DNA of 64,000 bases, from NCBI GenBank assembly GCA_002269645.1, contig NIVC01002792.1, positions 124,001-188,000 of the forward strand. The letters are read 5' to 3'. Origin of the DNA: Macrostomum lignano. Taxonomy: Eukaryota. The notes under the pieces were generated by a model that worked only from the letters and a program-made list of their open reading frames with translations, had not been told where the DNA came from and searched no databases. Below, piece after piece: positions 38,901 through 52,004 of this stretch. Made by a program: the position numbers and the translations under genes. Position 1 is the first letter of the stretch. Every line of letters starts with the position of its first letter.

Positions 38901-41900
38901 GCAGGGTCCTTCTTCGCCTCACTCCTCCTATCCCGACTCCTCTTCTTCTCCTTCTCACGCAACTCGTCTCCCTTCCGAATCCTATAATCACGCTTGACTT
39001 CTTTTGATGGCTTTACCATAATGAATTCAAGTTAGAAAGTCACTTGGCTGTAAGAAAAATAACACACGGTCAGTATTTTGAATGAGGGAATAAAAATCAA
39101 CATGAAAAAACAAATGGTATCATTGTGTTACGACCATGTTACGACCAGGATATCCCGGTCGTAACCTAACTTTACACATAAAATAGAGTACAAAATGCAT
39201 ATCGAACTGTGTCAATACTTCTGTATCACACCAATATACATGTGTTTCAAATGAAAACCATTCCCGATGTTAATTTTTTCAAAGAGACAGTCACCAAAAA
39301 AACTTTTCAACTTTCTATATCCCGGTCGTAACACATGAATTACATCACAATAAACTGTTTCATACTATCTTTCAAGCTATGTTTAAACTGCTAAAAACGT
39401 TTTTTTTTACTTTCATATACTGAAACATTAGTTATATGCCAGAAAACGACTTCTATAGTTAGTAACTATTAAATTGCAAAGCTTAAAACTTTATACCTAT
39501 CAGCGTACCTATTCAGAATGTATGCATTACATAGACTTTGGAGTAGAAAAAAAGGAACAAAAATGCCATATCTTCATTAAAGTTCAATAAAAACATAAAA
39601 TATAGACTCTCACTAAGCACTTTAAGCAAAGTTGGTGCTTCTACATCAGTTTTAATTTTTTTCCCATTGTGTCCTTTTCTCGTGGAATGACCCCTACAAT
39701 TCCGGGTGTCGTGCCACCTGTGGAGATGCTCGGAGTCAGCCCAGCGCTTAACGCGAGAATTGATCACCGAGGCGGGGATGGGGGCACCCGGGCCCGGCCC
39801 CAATAGCGCGCCGGCGGAGCCAGCCTTGGCCAGCAGGTCAGCGCGCTCGTTGCCGAGGAAGCCGGCGTGGCCCGGGATCCATCTGAGCTCCACCTGGTTG
39901 CCTAGCGCAAGCCCGTTGAGCTGGGTGTTGCAGTCCAGGACGGACCTGGAGCTGGCGGTGCTGCGGCAGAGGGCCCGAAGGGCTGCTTGGCTGTCAGAGT
40001 GAAAAATAAATTTCCGGCCGCTAAGCTGCCTTCGGCGCAGCTCTGCCGCGCAGGAGCTGATGGCAAGCACCTCGCTCTGAAAAACACTGGAGTTGAGCCC
40101 AGTGTGCTGGGAGTAGCTCCACACCACTTCTCCCTTGAAGAAGACGCAAGCTCCGAAGCCTGAAAGACCATGCCTCATAGAGCCGTCAGTGTAACAGTGG
40201 ACTTCAGAGTCGCTCCAGCTGTCACTCGCCTCGTGTCGAGGCTGAATGGTGACCTTATACCTTTGGCTCAGGAGAAGGGTGGCTGGGATCGAGTCCGTGA
40301 GGATGTTGAGCCCGCCACACTCCTCGAGAGCCTTGAGGCAGAGGTCAGAGTGCGGGATAAGCGACCGCTTCTTAAAGGCCCGCACTTTCTTGAAGGCCAC
40401 CCCAGCATCCAGAAGACGCCGGGTGCTCTTCGCCGCCTCTCCTTTGATATAAATATCCAAAGGAGGGGCACAGAGAAAGGCATTCATGCCTTCAAAAGGA
40501 GCAGAGGGTGGAGCGCCCATAGTCATGCGGCAGGCTCTGCCCTGGATTTTGTAGAGAGCGTCGAGGTTGCTCTTGACGCTCAGGCCGCTAGCCCACACGA
40601 GGCTGGCGTAACTGATCGAGGGGCGGATGATGGCAGTGTAAATCCACCACAGCTTCCTGGGGGTGAGCCCCCAGGTGGTGCCCACGGCGCGCCTGATCTG
40701 AGCCAGTACAGCCAGGGCTTTTTTGGCTTTAGTTTGAATGTGCGGAGTCCAGTTAAGCCTGTGGTCCAGAGTGAGGCCCAGGCAGCGGACCTGCTTCTCC
40801 ATGGAAATATTCTTTCCATAGAGGGTGAGGGGCTTAATGGTCCAGAGCAGTTTGTTGGTAAACATGACTGCTGTGGTTTTCGACTCTGAGAGTCTAAGGC
40901 CACATTGGTCTGCCCAACGCTCCGCTCGTCCCAGAAAGCCCTGCAGAAGGTCTCTGATGGTATCAACCGAGGGGCCCGCGCATATCGCGGTCACATCATC
41001 GGCATAGCCCACCTTGAGAATGGGGTCGTGGAGATCACTGCAAAGCAACTCATCCATGACCATGTTCCAGAGAACGGGGGTGAGAACGCCGCCCTGGGGG
41101 CCCCCTTTCAGGACAGGCACCGAAAGAGAGCTGCCGCTCAGGTGGGCCACAACAGTGCGGTTTCGGATCATGAACATGATCCACCGGACAAGGTGAGGGT
41201 GCGTGGCCCTGGATTCCAGGGCTCTGCAAAAGGCCTCGAAGATGACGTTGTCGAAGGCCTCCTCAATGTCCAGGAAAAGCGAGAGGGCAAAGCCGCTGCC
41301 AAGAACGGCCCTCTCCAGGAAGTCAACAATGACATGGAGAGCACTCTCGGTTGACCTGCCCGCGCGGAAGGCGTGCTGGTTCTGCGAGAGTGGGAAGCGC
41401 TTCAGCTCGACCGAAAGTAGGCGCCAAAGCACCAGTCTCTCGAGGAGCTTGAGGCAGAAAGAAGTGAGGCTGATAGGCCTGAAGGCCTTCACCGATTGGT
41501 AGTCGCTCTTTCCAGGCTTGGGGATAAAGACCACCCGGGCCTCTCTCCATGCAACTGGTACATAGCCCAGCTCCATACAAGCTCGAAGGAGACGACAGAG
41601 CAGGTCCAGGAAGCGGTGGTTTTTCACCGCCTCGTGCAAGAACGCTGGGTAGATGCCGTTGGGCCCAGGCGCCTTGAACGGGTTAAAGGACCTTGCCGCT
41701 CTAATAATGCGGTCTTTGGTGATCATAGACTTTGCTAGGCCTTGCCCTCCCACTGTGTGGTCGGGCGGGCCCTGCTGAGTCGGAGATTTAGGGAAAAAAC
41801 TGTTGAGCATGAGCTCTAGAGTCTCTTCCGAACTCTCTGTGACCGAGCCGTCAGTTCTCTTCACAACAGAGAGTTTAGAAAAACGGTCATTAGTGAGTGC

Positions 41901-43007
41901 CTTAACCACGCGGGCTACGGGGCGAGAGCCCTCAAACCCTTCGCAATATTGGCGCCACTTGGCCGTCTTGGCCCTTCTGACTTGGCCCTTAAACTCGTGG
42001 ATCGCACGGGTATAGGCCTCTCTGTCAGATGGGTCTTTGGTTTTGAGCGCTCGCCTTTGGAGGGTCCTGGCTCGGCGCCGAAGGGCCCCGAGCTCTGGGT
42101 TCCACCAGGGAGCAGATTTCTTGCCTTTATAGGCCTTTAGGGGGCAGGCTGCTTCAAAGGCAGTGGTGATCGCCCCGCCCAGGGAGGAGGCGAGATCGTC
42201 CACCACCTGGCAGTCAGAGAGGTCACTGGGGGGGTCAAGATCCCGAAGGCCGCGGCTCAGCTTCGAGCCAAAGGCGGCCCAATCGGTGTTTCTGACGTTC
42301 CGACTCCAAGTGACCTTAGGCTTTTGCTTGGTCGGCCCAATGCAAAAGCGGATAAAGCGGTGGTCCGAGAGTGAGTCCTCGTCCCACACTCGCCAGCCCG
42401 TAACTGCGGAAAGCAGTCCGGGTGAGGCGATGGTGGTGTCGATGACTTCGGCCCACCGCCCATTATTGAACGTTGGTGCATTGCCCACGTTACAGAAGTT
42501 GAGGTTAGTGCTGCTGACATAGGCCAGCAGCTCCTCGCCTCTGCTATTGATGTTCTTGCTGCCCCAATGCAGGTGGTGTGTGTTCACATCCCCTGCAATG
42601 AGCAGCTCGAACCGATGGGACGCAGCATAGTCAGTAAGGTTGACTAACGCGTCGCAGACAACTGGGGCATCGCCCGGGAAATAGGCAGAAGCTACCAGCA
42701 TAGGTTTATTGGGAATGAGGTTATTGATTTGAACAACACAGATGTCCCCAGTCGAGAGATCAGGTCTCATCCATGCCTCAAAAGCTTTTGCAGCAAAGAC
42801 CAGAGATCTTGGGCGAGGCTGAGAGCCCGCCATGCAAAAACAGTGGTAGCCAGATGGCACATTATTTGGCTTACCTTTAGTCATCCAGGGCTCCTGTACG
42901 AAGACCAGGCCCGGAAGCTGTTGCTCTGCCGTGCGCATCAGGTTGACCGACGCCGCCACGCAGTGCTGGGTGTTGATCTGCAGACACCAGGTAGTCGTTG
43001 GCATCAT
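35913..43007 (-). CDS. LINE ORF2 (AP endonuclease-RT-RNase H-CCHC), interrupted by Sola2; 1234 aa when rejoined
   Basis: 43007-39694 joined to 36303-35913 = 3705 nt, in frame (..TRNC|RQSRAAVP..). Motifs: [72 protein letters not shown]. Confidence 0.9.
36308..39693 (-). mobile_element. Sola2-like DNA transposon (3386 bp) nested in the LINE ORF2
   Basis: TIR GGGTCATTCCA..TGGAATGACCC, 4-bp TSD CTAC, repeated subterminal motif ATCCCGGTCGTAAC. GRG termini with a 4-bp TSD fit Sola2 (family call from memory). Confidence 0.8.
37128..39019 (-). pseudogene. Spliced Sola2-type transposase, disrupted
   Basis: Exons 39019-38748, 38628-38234, 38125-37567, 37450-~37128 with GT-AG junctions. Motifs [36 protein letters not shown]. 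One frameshift at the G5 run 38537-38541, and the segment with the third catalytic Asp is missing. Confidence 0.75.
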
Positions 43008-43328
43008 TGCAGATCGGATGTTGCAGCCGCCAGGAGTTCCTCCTCCTCCTCGGCGCTCACCGGCTTCGGGTCGGGGTCGCCGGTGTCCATGGGCTCTTCT
43101 TCAGCAAAAAGGCCCCCGATTGGCCGGAAGGCAGTAGGCAGCGTTCGCCGCCCTTTGCCCACCATCCATGGGGTCCTCCGCCTCAGATTGGCCCAATGCC
43201 CTGGAGCAGCCAGCCGCCTGGGCAGGCGGGTCCGTCTCCAGTCGGCCCTGTCCCGAGGGGTTGGGCCCAGCTGGGACGTCCCCACCCTCCCTGGACGAAC
43301 TGGTGCGCCTAGGCGTCCCGGCGACCTC

Positions 43329-44525
43329 TCACCTCAGCTGGGAGATTTTGGCGGTACGGACTGCCTCAGCTGCACGCTGGTACAGGCTGCGCCGCTTGGT
43401 GCTACGCGCCGGGCGTCGGTCGCCTCCGCCCTCAGCAGTGCGCTCAGCTTTGCCCGCGCGGCCGTGCTGCCAGGCAGGGCGGTTTGCTTTGGCAGTCTGA
43501 GCAGAGGCTTGCGCCTCGGCCCCGGCCGCCTCCGCATCCCGCCCGCCCTGCTCACTGCCACGGGGAGGGTCGGCCTCGTAGGAGCGGATGCGCAGCTTCC
43601 AAAGGCCGACGTTGATGAAGCTGCCGTGTGGATAACGCCTCATCCAGGCGTCCGACAGCCCCAGGATGGCTGTGAAGCCAGTGCCGTCGGTGCGCTTAAG
43701 GGTGTCATGCACCACTAGGCCCGCGGCGGGAAGCTCCCAGTTGACTGCTAGCAGTCCTTTCCGGAGCTCGTCAGCAGAGGTAACAACGCTCCTGGCCAGG
43801 ACCCAGATTCGATGCCTCTTGGTCCGGGGGCGCTCGTCCTCTCTGCAGAAGGCTAGGTTGAGGTCCCAGCTCTGCTCGGGCAGCAGCTCAAGGAGCCGCC
43901 GACCCGAGTCAGCATCACTGGGCCAAATGAGAAGGCACGAGTCCCTCGTCGCATTCGAATGAATGTTCAGAGGCGTGCCCTTCAGAGTTTGCTTCCACAG
44001 GAGGCCATCAACGGCACTTCTCACCTGCTTCAGCTGATCGGGAGACAGGCGCGCGTCCTTTCCCAGGATGACAACCGCCGGTTGCCTCTTTGCCGCATCA
44101 GCGTAGGAGGCCCGGGGGTCAGTGGAGCTTTCTTCAGGTGGGCTGTCCACCCTCCCGGCTGCATCGGCCTCCCTATCCTGGGCAGGGGCTTCCGTGGGCT
44201 CGAGGCCCTCTTCCGCCACCGCCCCAGACTGGGAAGCTTCCGCTGCCGCGGGCCGTTGGCCCCTGGCACCGGTTTGGCTTCCACCCTCCTTGGCCCGCCT
44301 CGCCTTGTTAAGTCGACGGCGGGCAGCTCCAGAGGTGGTGCTGCGTTTCTTAGCAGCTGGAATAGCAGGTGTCTTCTCAGAGGCACCGCTCAGAGTTGGC
44401 TCCACGGGTCTCGCCGAGGCGTCCCCGATGGTAGCAGGTGGTATGGCCGAGGAGTCCACGGCCCCAGCCGAGGCCGGAGGCACTGTGTCATCCACAGCCG
44501 GTTTGTTACTTTGGTTAGAAGCCAT
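43329..44525 (-). CDS. LINE ORF1 (~398 aa from ATG 44525), probably continuing after a frameshift to 43004
   Basis: MASNQSNKP.., basic low-complexity N-terminus and a central globular domain; no CCHC knuckle seen. Confidence 0.7.
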   Translation of the reverse strand: MASNQSNKPAVDDTVPPASAGAVDSSAIPPATIGDASARPVEPTLSGASEKTPAIPAAKKRSTTSGAARRRLNKARRAKEGGSQTGARGQRPAAAEASQSGAVAEEGLEPTEAPAQDREADAAGRVDSPPEESSTDPRASYADAAKRQPAVVILGKDARLSPDQLKQVRSAVDGLLWKQTLKGTPLNIHSNATRDSCLLIWPSDADSGRRLLELLPEQSWDLNLAFCREDERPRTKRHRIWVLARSVVTSADELRKGLLAVNWELPAAGLVVHDTLKRTDGTGFTAILGLSDAWMRRYPHGSFINVGLWKLRIRSYEADPPRGSEQGGRDAEAAGAEAQASAQTAKANRPAWQHGRAGKAERTAEGGGDRRPARSTKRRSLYQRAAEAVRTAKISQLR

Positions 44526-45805
44526 TGGCTGGAAGTAAAAAGGTGGGACTTCCTGCAGAACACAGGCAAAGAGCCGCAAGGCCGCAACCCCAAACCAAGT
44601 GGCAGGCCCCCAAAAAGCAAAATACCACCCTGCGGGGGGACCCAAAAGCGCAAGGGGAACTGTTAGCGACCAGACTACTCCCTGGCTAAGCGTCCATCAG
44701 CACGGAGTTACACTGGGACATTAGAGGGTGCGTTTATGGTCACACCAGGACCCGGCGCCAACGAATCAGCTCGGCAGGGCCCAAGGGGGCCTGCCTTAAC
44801 ACCCACGGGATGAGTACCCTTCGAAGTGCACCTTGCAAGGTGAAAATCAGGAGACAGAGTCTCTTGAGCTATCAGCCCGCCAGGGGAGGCAGGTGTGAGC
44901 ATCGCTGGCTGGGATAAAGGCCATACCAGTCTCATACTGCACAGATAGTTCACCACGCCATTACGTGCAGGACCCGGGGTCCTGGGGGCAACAGCCCCGG
45001 CGGTATTTGTGAGTCTAATAGATATACTATGTACAAAGTTTTTGCATTGATAGGACATCTGTGGATTACTATTTTTAGACTATTAACAGGCCAAGCATAT
45101 TTGCTGCAATTCTACTTGTAATAGCATAATGTGCAAACCAAAATTTGGCTTCTAAATCTAAAGTTTTTTATCCAATTTTTTTGTTTTTTTTTGCAAATTT
45201 AAAACAAAACTAGTTTGTTTTGGAATTGCTATTCATAGAAAAAAATTATTGTTATAATAAGTGCTAATAATAATTTATTATGTTTTATTTACTTAAATTA
45301 TGATTATTCATTTGTATATAATAACTTTACAAACTAAACCAAGTGGTATGAATGTATCAAAAAGTAATAAAATAGGTAGCAAAGGTATAGTAAAAATAAA
45401 ACTATTATTCTATGAGCTCGTAGATATAACACAATGTAAAAAAGTAAACAAAAAGCATCTTAAATTTTACAATATGTACTAATCAATAGTCCTGACAAAA
45501 AGCAGTTGCGCAGCCAAAGGAGGGCATAGCCTCCCAAAGCCCTAAAATTTTAAAAATGCCATTGCTGTTTATATAAAATACTGCTGTGGTATCATTGTGG
45601 ATAGCCTTGTCCCTCCCCTCCCAAAAAAATCCTGGCTATGCCACTGACAAAGTAGTATGAAACAAAGAAAAATACATGTGATAAGGTATACAAAAAGTAA
45701 ATAATTTTAATAAGCTTAGCCTTCATTCTTTATCCTTATAGCTATTGCTGTTGCTAAATATATAAGAATATCTTGGCTTAGGGTGCTGGGAAGCTTAGAG
45801 TGCAG

Positions 45806-46047
45806 TTGGTCTACATGACAGCCTGACCCCAGTTAATCCGGCACTGTATCTCTGGGGCCAGGTACTTGTTCAGCATTCTTTTACACATGTCATGCACTGT
45901 TGCTAAACAGCAGGCATAAAGGCTTAGAATGTATTAAAAGTTGAATTAGAATATTAAAATTTTAGATTAAATTTCCATTAGAAAAAATACAATGCAACAA
46001 ATTTAAATTTCTAAAAATCTCTCTTTAACAGCTGTCATGTAGACCAA
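45806..46047. mobile_element. Possible small MITE (17-bp inverted ends)
   Basis: TTGGTCTACATGACAGC at 45806 and GCTGTCATGTAGACCAA at 46031; no TSD recognised. Confidence 0.4.
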
Positions 46048-48578
46048 ATCCCTCAAACAACAGAGTAACAATTGATGAAAAATTTATCATACACTTTCAA
46101 AATCTTGTAACTGAACAAGACAGCAGCATTAGACTTTCATACAATCTTCACCTTGACAACCCTATTCTGGCTGATTTAGAGGATTTCAATGCCCCATTCA
46201 CCAAAGAAGAAGTTATAAAACATATTAAAAAGCTCAAAACCGACAAAGCACCTGGGCACGATAAAGTATATGTAGAAACACTCAAATACCTCGAGAACGA
46301 ACTTGCTGACCTCCTATGCTCACTTTTCAACGAAGCACTCAAACAAGGAACCTTCCCAACTAGTTGGATAACAAATACACTTCATCCGATTTATAAAAAC
46401 AAAGGCAGCAGTGCCGACCCCAACAATTACAGAGGAATCTGCATTCAACCAATTCTTGGCAAGCTCTTTTGCCAAATTATTAAATCCAGACTCGAAAACC
46501 TAGCATACGCAAACAATCTTATATCAAAATACCAATACGGTTTCAAGCCCAATCACAGCACAATCGACCAATGTTTTAATCTTTACAACATTATAAACCA
46601 ATCCATCTACAACAAAGAAGAACTCTTTATTGGATTTGTTGACTATGAAAAAGCCTTCGATAGCTTAAATCAACCGACCCTTTGGCACAAAACGGATAAC
46701 CAGGGTATTAAAGGTCAAATGACGGAACTTATCAAGAACATGCATAAAAATGCCTGCTTCATTCTAAAAAATGATGATGATGATGATGAAACCCAGCCAA
46801 TCCCAATATCAAAAGGTGTTCTTCAAGGCAACCCTCTCTCTACCATCCTTTTTGAACTATATATTGACGACATTGTTGAATATCTTGAACTCTCTAGCGC
46901 TAGGCGCTCTCTTACGAGATCTGCTTTCCCACTCATCCTACTCTTTGCAGACGATCAAGCCATTCTAGCTAAAAACAAAGACGAACTTCAAGACACATTT
47001 ACGACTATGGAAAATTACTGCAAACAAAATTACTTGAAAGTAAACGCAAGCAAAACAAAGTTCATGCAGGGCAATACCAGACAAAAAACGACGCAGAAAG
47101 CATTGCTACAAAAATATACTACGACAACCAAGAAATAGAGGAAGTAAATGAATTTAAATACCTAAGAATTATTTTTGAACCAAAAAACAGCTTTAAAAAA
47201 TGTATTGAACACCAAACTAAGCAGGGATATACAGCCATGTTTTCCCTACTCCATAGGGTAAAGAATACGTCCCTAGACATCACACTCATTCGCAGACTAT
47301 TTGACGCGCTTGTTACCCCCGTTATCACTTACGGTTGTGAGCTCTGGGGCCCTCTGGCTACCATGTCTGATACAAAAGCTATTGATAATATTCAGCTGAA
47401 GTTCTACAAATATCTCCTCAATCTACCAAAATTTGCTAGCAACAGTATGATATCATCAGAACTTGAGCTTACTCCAATCTCTCAACAAATCGCTAAAACC
47501 TACCTCATCTACTGGCTGAAGATTAGACACAAAAAACTCTGCCAAACGACTCTAGAAATTTTCTACTCAAACACCAGCCAAAAAAATCCATGGAAAACAA
47601 ATGTACTAAAGAAACTGGAAAGTATAGACTTAAAAGCACTAACTGAAGATAAACTTTCCCAAAGCTTTAATAACGATAAATACCTAGTGAAAAAGCACCT
47701 CAAGATACACAGAGAAAGAGAACTTAGCCAAAAGCTAGAGAATCAGCAACATATTAAACTCTACAAAAATGCCTATCTCTACAAAAAAATCTGCAAGCCC
47801 AACCTTTCAGATTACTTTCCATGCACTTTTAGAAACAAAAAATTCTTAACAACCCTCCTAAAACTGAAATGCGAAATTACACCCAACATTTTCTCTCATG
47901 AAGCATGTAGACTGTGTGGAGCGAGAAATGGTTCCGATATCCTACACTACTTGACTGAATGTCCACAAACTGAAAAGATCAGAAAAAAATACTTCTGTCA
48001 GTACCTCTTAAATGACAAGCAAGTACACAAGTTAGGATATGCTACAAATGAAAAAAGAGTCAGAAAAGAGCTCACTGGTGTAGCTAAAATATATGAAGTC
48101 ATGAATAGCTAAAACAGTTATGCAAACTGAAACAGACATATCAGCAGTGTAATAAATCCGCTTTTCTTTTCTTTTGTTTATTCATTTACTGTCTTTTTAA
48201 TTTCCTATTTAATTAGCATTTAATTAATATTTAATTAGTTTCCTATCTAATACCTATTTAAATCGTCGCTATTCGTTTAACGTAAATTTCTTTCAAAGTT
48301 CGTTTTTGTTCATTTTTCGTTCGTTTTTCACGCTTTGAAATATTGCGCGCTTGCAAAATACTATATCTTTTTACAAAAAACGCTCTTTCAAATACCTTAA
48401 TAATTTTACAAATATCGTAACTCACATCGTAACTCGTGTAAAAATTTAACCTTTTGAACAAATTTAACCTTTTGAACTTAATCGTAATTAAACAACTAAT
48501 GCTAAAATAACTTAAATACACAGAAATATACTGGCCAAACAGGCTTCTTGCCTGAGCCAACTTACTACTACTACTACT
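46048..48578 (+). mobile_element. 5'-truncated decayed LINE (RT domain, (TAC)n tail); clade uncertain
   Basis: KAPGHD, NYRGICIQPILGKLF, QYGFKPNHSTIDQ, FVDYEKAFD, GVLQGNPLS..LF, LLFADD, CRLC; frameshifts present; tail CTTACTACTACTACTAC. Confidence 0.85.
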
Positions 48579-51500
48579 AACAGTCAGTCTCTAATACCTT
48601 GACTGTTCAAAAAATTTATATAGGCCTGCCAGGTGTTGATGGGCTTGAATCTTATTGTGCTCTATTATTGCTCTGACAATGGCAACAAAGCAGTAGGTTG
48701 TTGGTGTAGCAAGGGCTGTAATTTGAGCTAAAACACCCTCAATTAGTGTTTTCAGCTCCATGCCAAGTGGCCTCATAACTCTCACAGCTTATTCAAGCTG
48801 CAAGGGTTGACAGATAGATGGTGCTGCATATTGAGTTAGGATTGACTCCTATCTCCACTAGTGTTAAGTTGCCTGGATGCCATGGAGCACTACTAGTAGA
48901 GGTTGGACGGGATCCCAATCCATGTCTATGTCTGTGTCTATATACATGTCTCACAGAGATAGAGATAGTGATATAGATACTGTGAGTGCCATCAGCAGAA
49001 ACTGTTCACTTTAAACAAGCAACAAAAACAAGATGTAAACACAACAGCAGACAAAAAGTAGGCAATATTTTACTTTCGCACATTTAATTATTTACTTTGA
49101 ATTAGTGTTAAAGTAGGACATTGTGATCCAACCTTATAAATATTGATAAATGAGTATTGTGTTATATTTTAAAGGCTAAAATTTCATATCAAATCTACAA
49201 ATTTGTTTACTATTCAATATCCTCATGCATTTATTGCTTTTTATAATGTGGATCACAATATCTTATTTAAGCACCAATTTAAGTTGAAAAAAAGTAACTG
49301 CGTAAACCATAAAGTAAAAAAGCCTAAAATCCATAACAAATGTCTCTAGCATTAGCCAATTATTTTTCGGCACTGAAGTCAACAAATGGCAAATTAATCT
49401 TATACCAAACAATCTTTTCTAGCAAATCAGGTTGTCTATTATCTATTAATTGATTATTATGAAATGCAAATAAATAGAAATTTCTAATCCAATATACTAA
49501 AATAGAAATCTAATATTTTTATTTATTTATTTTTTTATTTTCAGTTAGGCCCAGCTATTTCATTTCATATGATAAACTTGATAATTAACACTTATAGGCC
49601 CTATATTTTGTCTAGCATAAGTTTCAACTTTTCTAGATTTTTATGCTAGAATATTTTAGGCCAAGGCCTAGATTATACATTGTTTTTCTCTATTTATTTA
49701 ATATATAAAATAGATTAAATTAAGACATTAATTGTCTAATGTCTGTCTCCACTAGGGCCTACTATGTTTATAATTACTTTTATATTATTTACTTAAAAGA
49801 AATTGATTAGTTACTTTTAGCTTTATTGTAAATTCAAAATTTTCTATTTATATGCATTTATATAATAGTAAAAAATAAGACTAATAATATACAAAACATT
49901 AAACTTAAGGGCCTAGACTAACTTTTTGTTTATGTTATATTGTGTATCTATTCTTTATAGCTGTATATGAATATACAAATATACAAACAACAATATATTT
50001 TAAATTCAAAGACTTGATCCCAATTCCTAGATCCCGATCCTGATTTCAATTTTCTCAATCCCGATCCCGCCTAATAATTTCAATCCTGTCTGACCTCTAG
50101 CTATTAGTCTAAAGAATCCAGCAGAATCTGCCGGACGCTGTGCTGCTAGAGCTGGCGGCAGCTCTGGTACAATGATAGCTTGCGGTGTCTTAGGCAACAT
50201 GCTGGCATCAGCAATGCTAGATAACAATGGCACAGAATGCTGGAATGTCATATTAGAAGGTGCCTGCAGTGGTGGATCAAGGCATGTCCCCCCTCCCCAG
50301 GCTGTTATAAAAAACTGTAAGGATACAACCTGAATTTGGCTTCTCCCAGACCCCCCAGTTGGCATCCTAATTTGGTGTCTAGACCCTCAATTGGGCACTC
50401 AAATGCACAATTAGAGTAATAAAGTTTGCCCCCCTAAAAATTTTTGGATTTGTGCCTGGGTACAAGTATCAAAGTTACTCAACTACCACTGTGAGTAGAA
50501 TGTCAGGGTTTGAAATTAAAGTCAAACTATACAGTCTTACCTCCACCAGTGATAGTCTTCTGGATCTTGGTGTTTCAGTGGTCTTAGCTGTAGTGAGTGG
50601 TGCAGTTTGATTGCCTATAAAATATGTTAAGCATAGATTAATCAGAGCCTAGTAGCTCCAGGCATTGACTGCACCTTGGCATCGGCATCATAGGTATTTC
50701 TAATGCGTTGTCACATTGCACCTCATTCTTGGCAGCTTCACTCTCAGAAGTTGTAACCTGCTGTTAGTATAGAGTGCAAACAATTTAACAATTAAATTGC
50801 ATTTGTTGTCCGTATAGTCTGTCGCCTAAATTCCCAAGATTTTGCTATGGACTTCTGTATACCTGGATGGAAGCAACTTGAAAAATGACCAAAATCCTAT
50901 ACCTAAAACATAATACAGAGAGATGGGTGAAATCCTCATGCTCAAATCCCATTAGTTCATAAGTGTAAATGGATAAAAATAGTTGTCCCCATGTGGTAAA
51001 GACTGAAAAAGCCCCTTGAAACTATACTTTTTTATTCTTTAAAATATAACTTATACCAGTACACACAGGCATGGTTCATTAGCAGTTTGTGTAGAAATGA
51101 AAATTAAGAAAGGCTATGTTTCCATTTCTTTAGCAAATGACTGAATAATAATGATTGCTAAATTACTCACGTCAATCCTATGTATCTGGTTTTGCTTTGT
51201 TTTATTAATATATTTTTCTTCTCTTTCTAGAGTCGTCAGAGGGCTTGAATTGTTGGCATAGCATCAATGTCCAGGTTTAAGATCACTTAAGGTAGCACTG
51301 CGTTGTACTATTCACTGCAGTACTCCGTGCGCACTTCAATTCTCTCAACATCCAATGATTGGCCCATGCCTCTCCAATTGGCTTCAGTAAAGGACTGATA
51401 CTCACCTAGCAGGATATCGTTATGGTCCACTTCTATTACCTTTCCGTCAATTTCAAAAATAAAAATTTAGCAGGGAGCAGTCATTACAAAGAATTTAGAG

Positions 51501-52004
51501 ATAAACAAGAACTAAGAGTTTGAAAATTTAAAGAAAATGCAGAGCAGTAAGTAAAACTCTGAAGGACTAATTGTATGGCTCCCCTTCATCCAACCCTCCT
51601 CCTGTGTGCTGATTCGTTGCTGCATTGTCTACCAAACCCCTCCCTGTCTCCTACTCCCAATCCACTGCCCAATTGGCTTCTCTCTACCTTTCTTGCCAGT
51701 TGCTACTTCTCTCCCTTTTGCCACCCTCTCCCTCTTCTGTCTTCCCTACAGTAGAGGCTATATCTATGGTAAAAGCCTGCAATTGCTCCCTGTTTTTTAA
51801 AAGGGACTGGGATTCTGAGAGATTTCTTGCCTTGCTTGCCTTCCTGAGCAATCTTGATTGTTAATCTTAGGCAACAACTTTTCTTGATCATAGTTGGATG
51901 CCTTGCAGCACTTACTAGCATAATTCCAATTGCAATGTTTGACCTGTAGTGCCATTGCCATTTCTATGGTGCCATTTCAGTGTCACTTCATTGTCAAATT
52001 AGTT

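Larger units (their letters stand above)
35798..45001 (-). mobile_element. Full-length LOA/Lian-like non-LTR retrotransposon (~5.8 kb without the nested insertion)
   Basis: 14-bp TSD GGTATTT[A/G]TGAGTC at 35784-35797 and 45002-45015. 3' tail (TAAGTCAAG)2. ORF1 plus ORF2 with APE, RT, RNase H and CCHC. Confidence 0.9.

Noticed and set aside
39513-39693. C-terminal tail of the 1164-aa ORF (GHSTRKG..VMHTF)
   Set aside because: It is read-through into the Sola2 terminus, not the real ORF2 end.
42729-44666. Plus-strand ORFs of 329 and 235 aa
   Set aside because: Antisense shadows of the GC-rich LINE ORFs.
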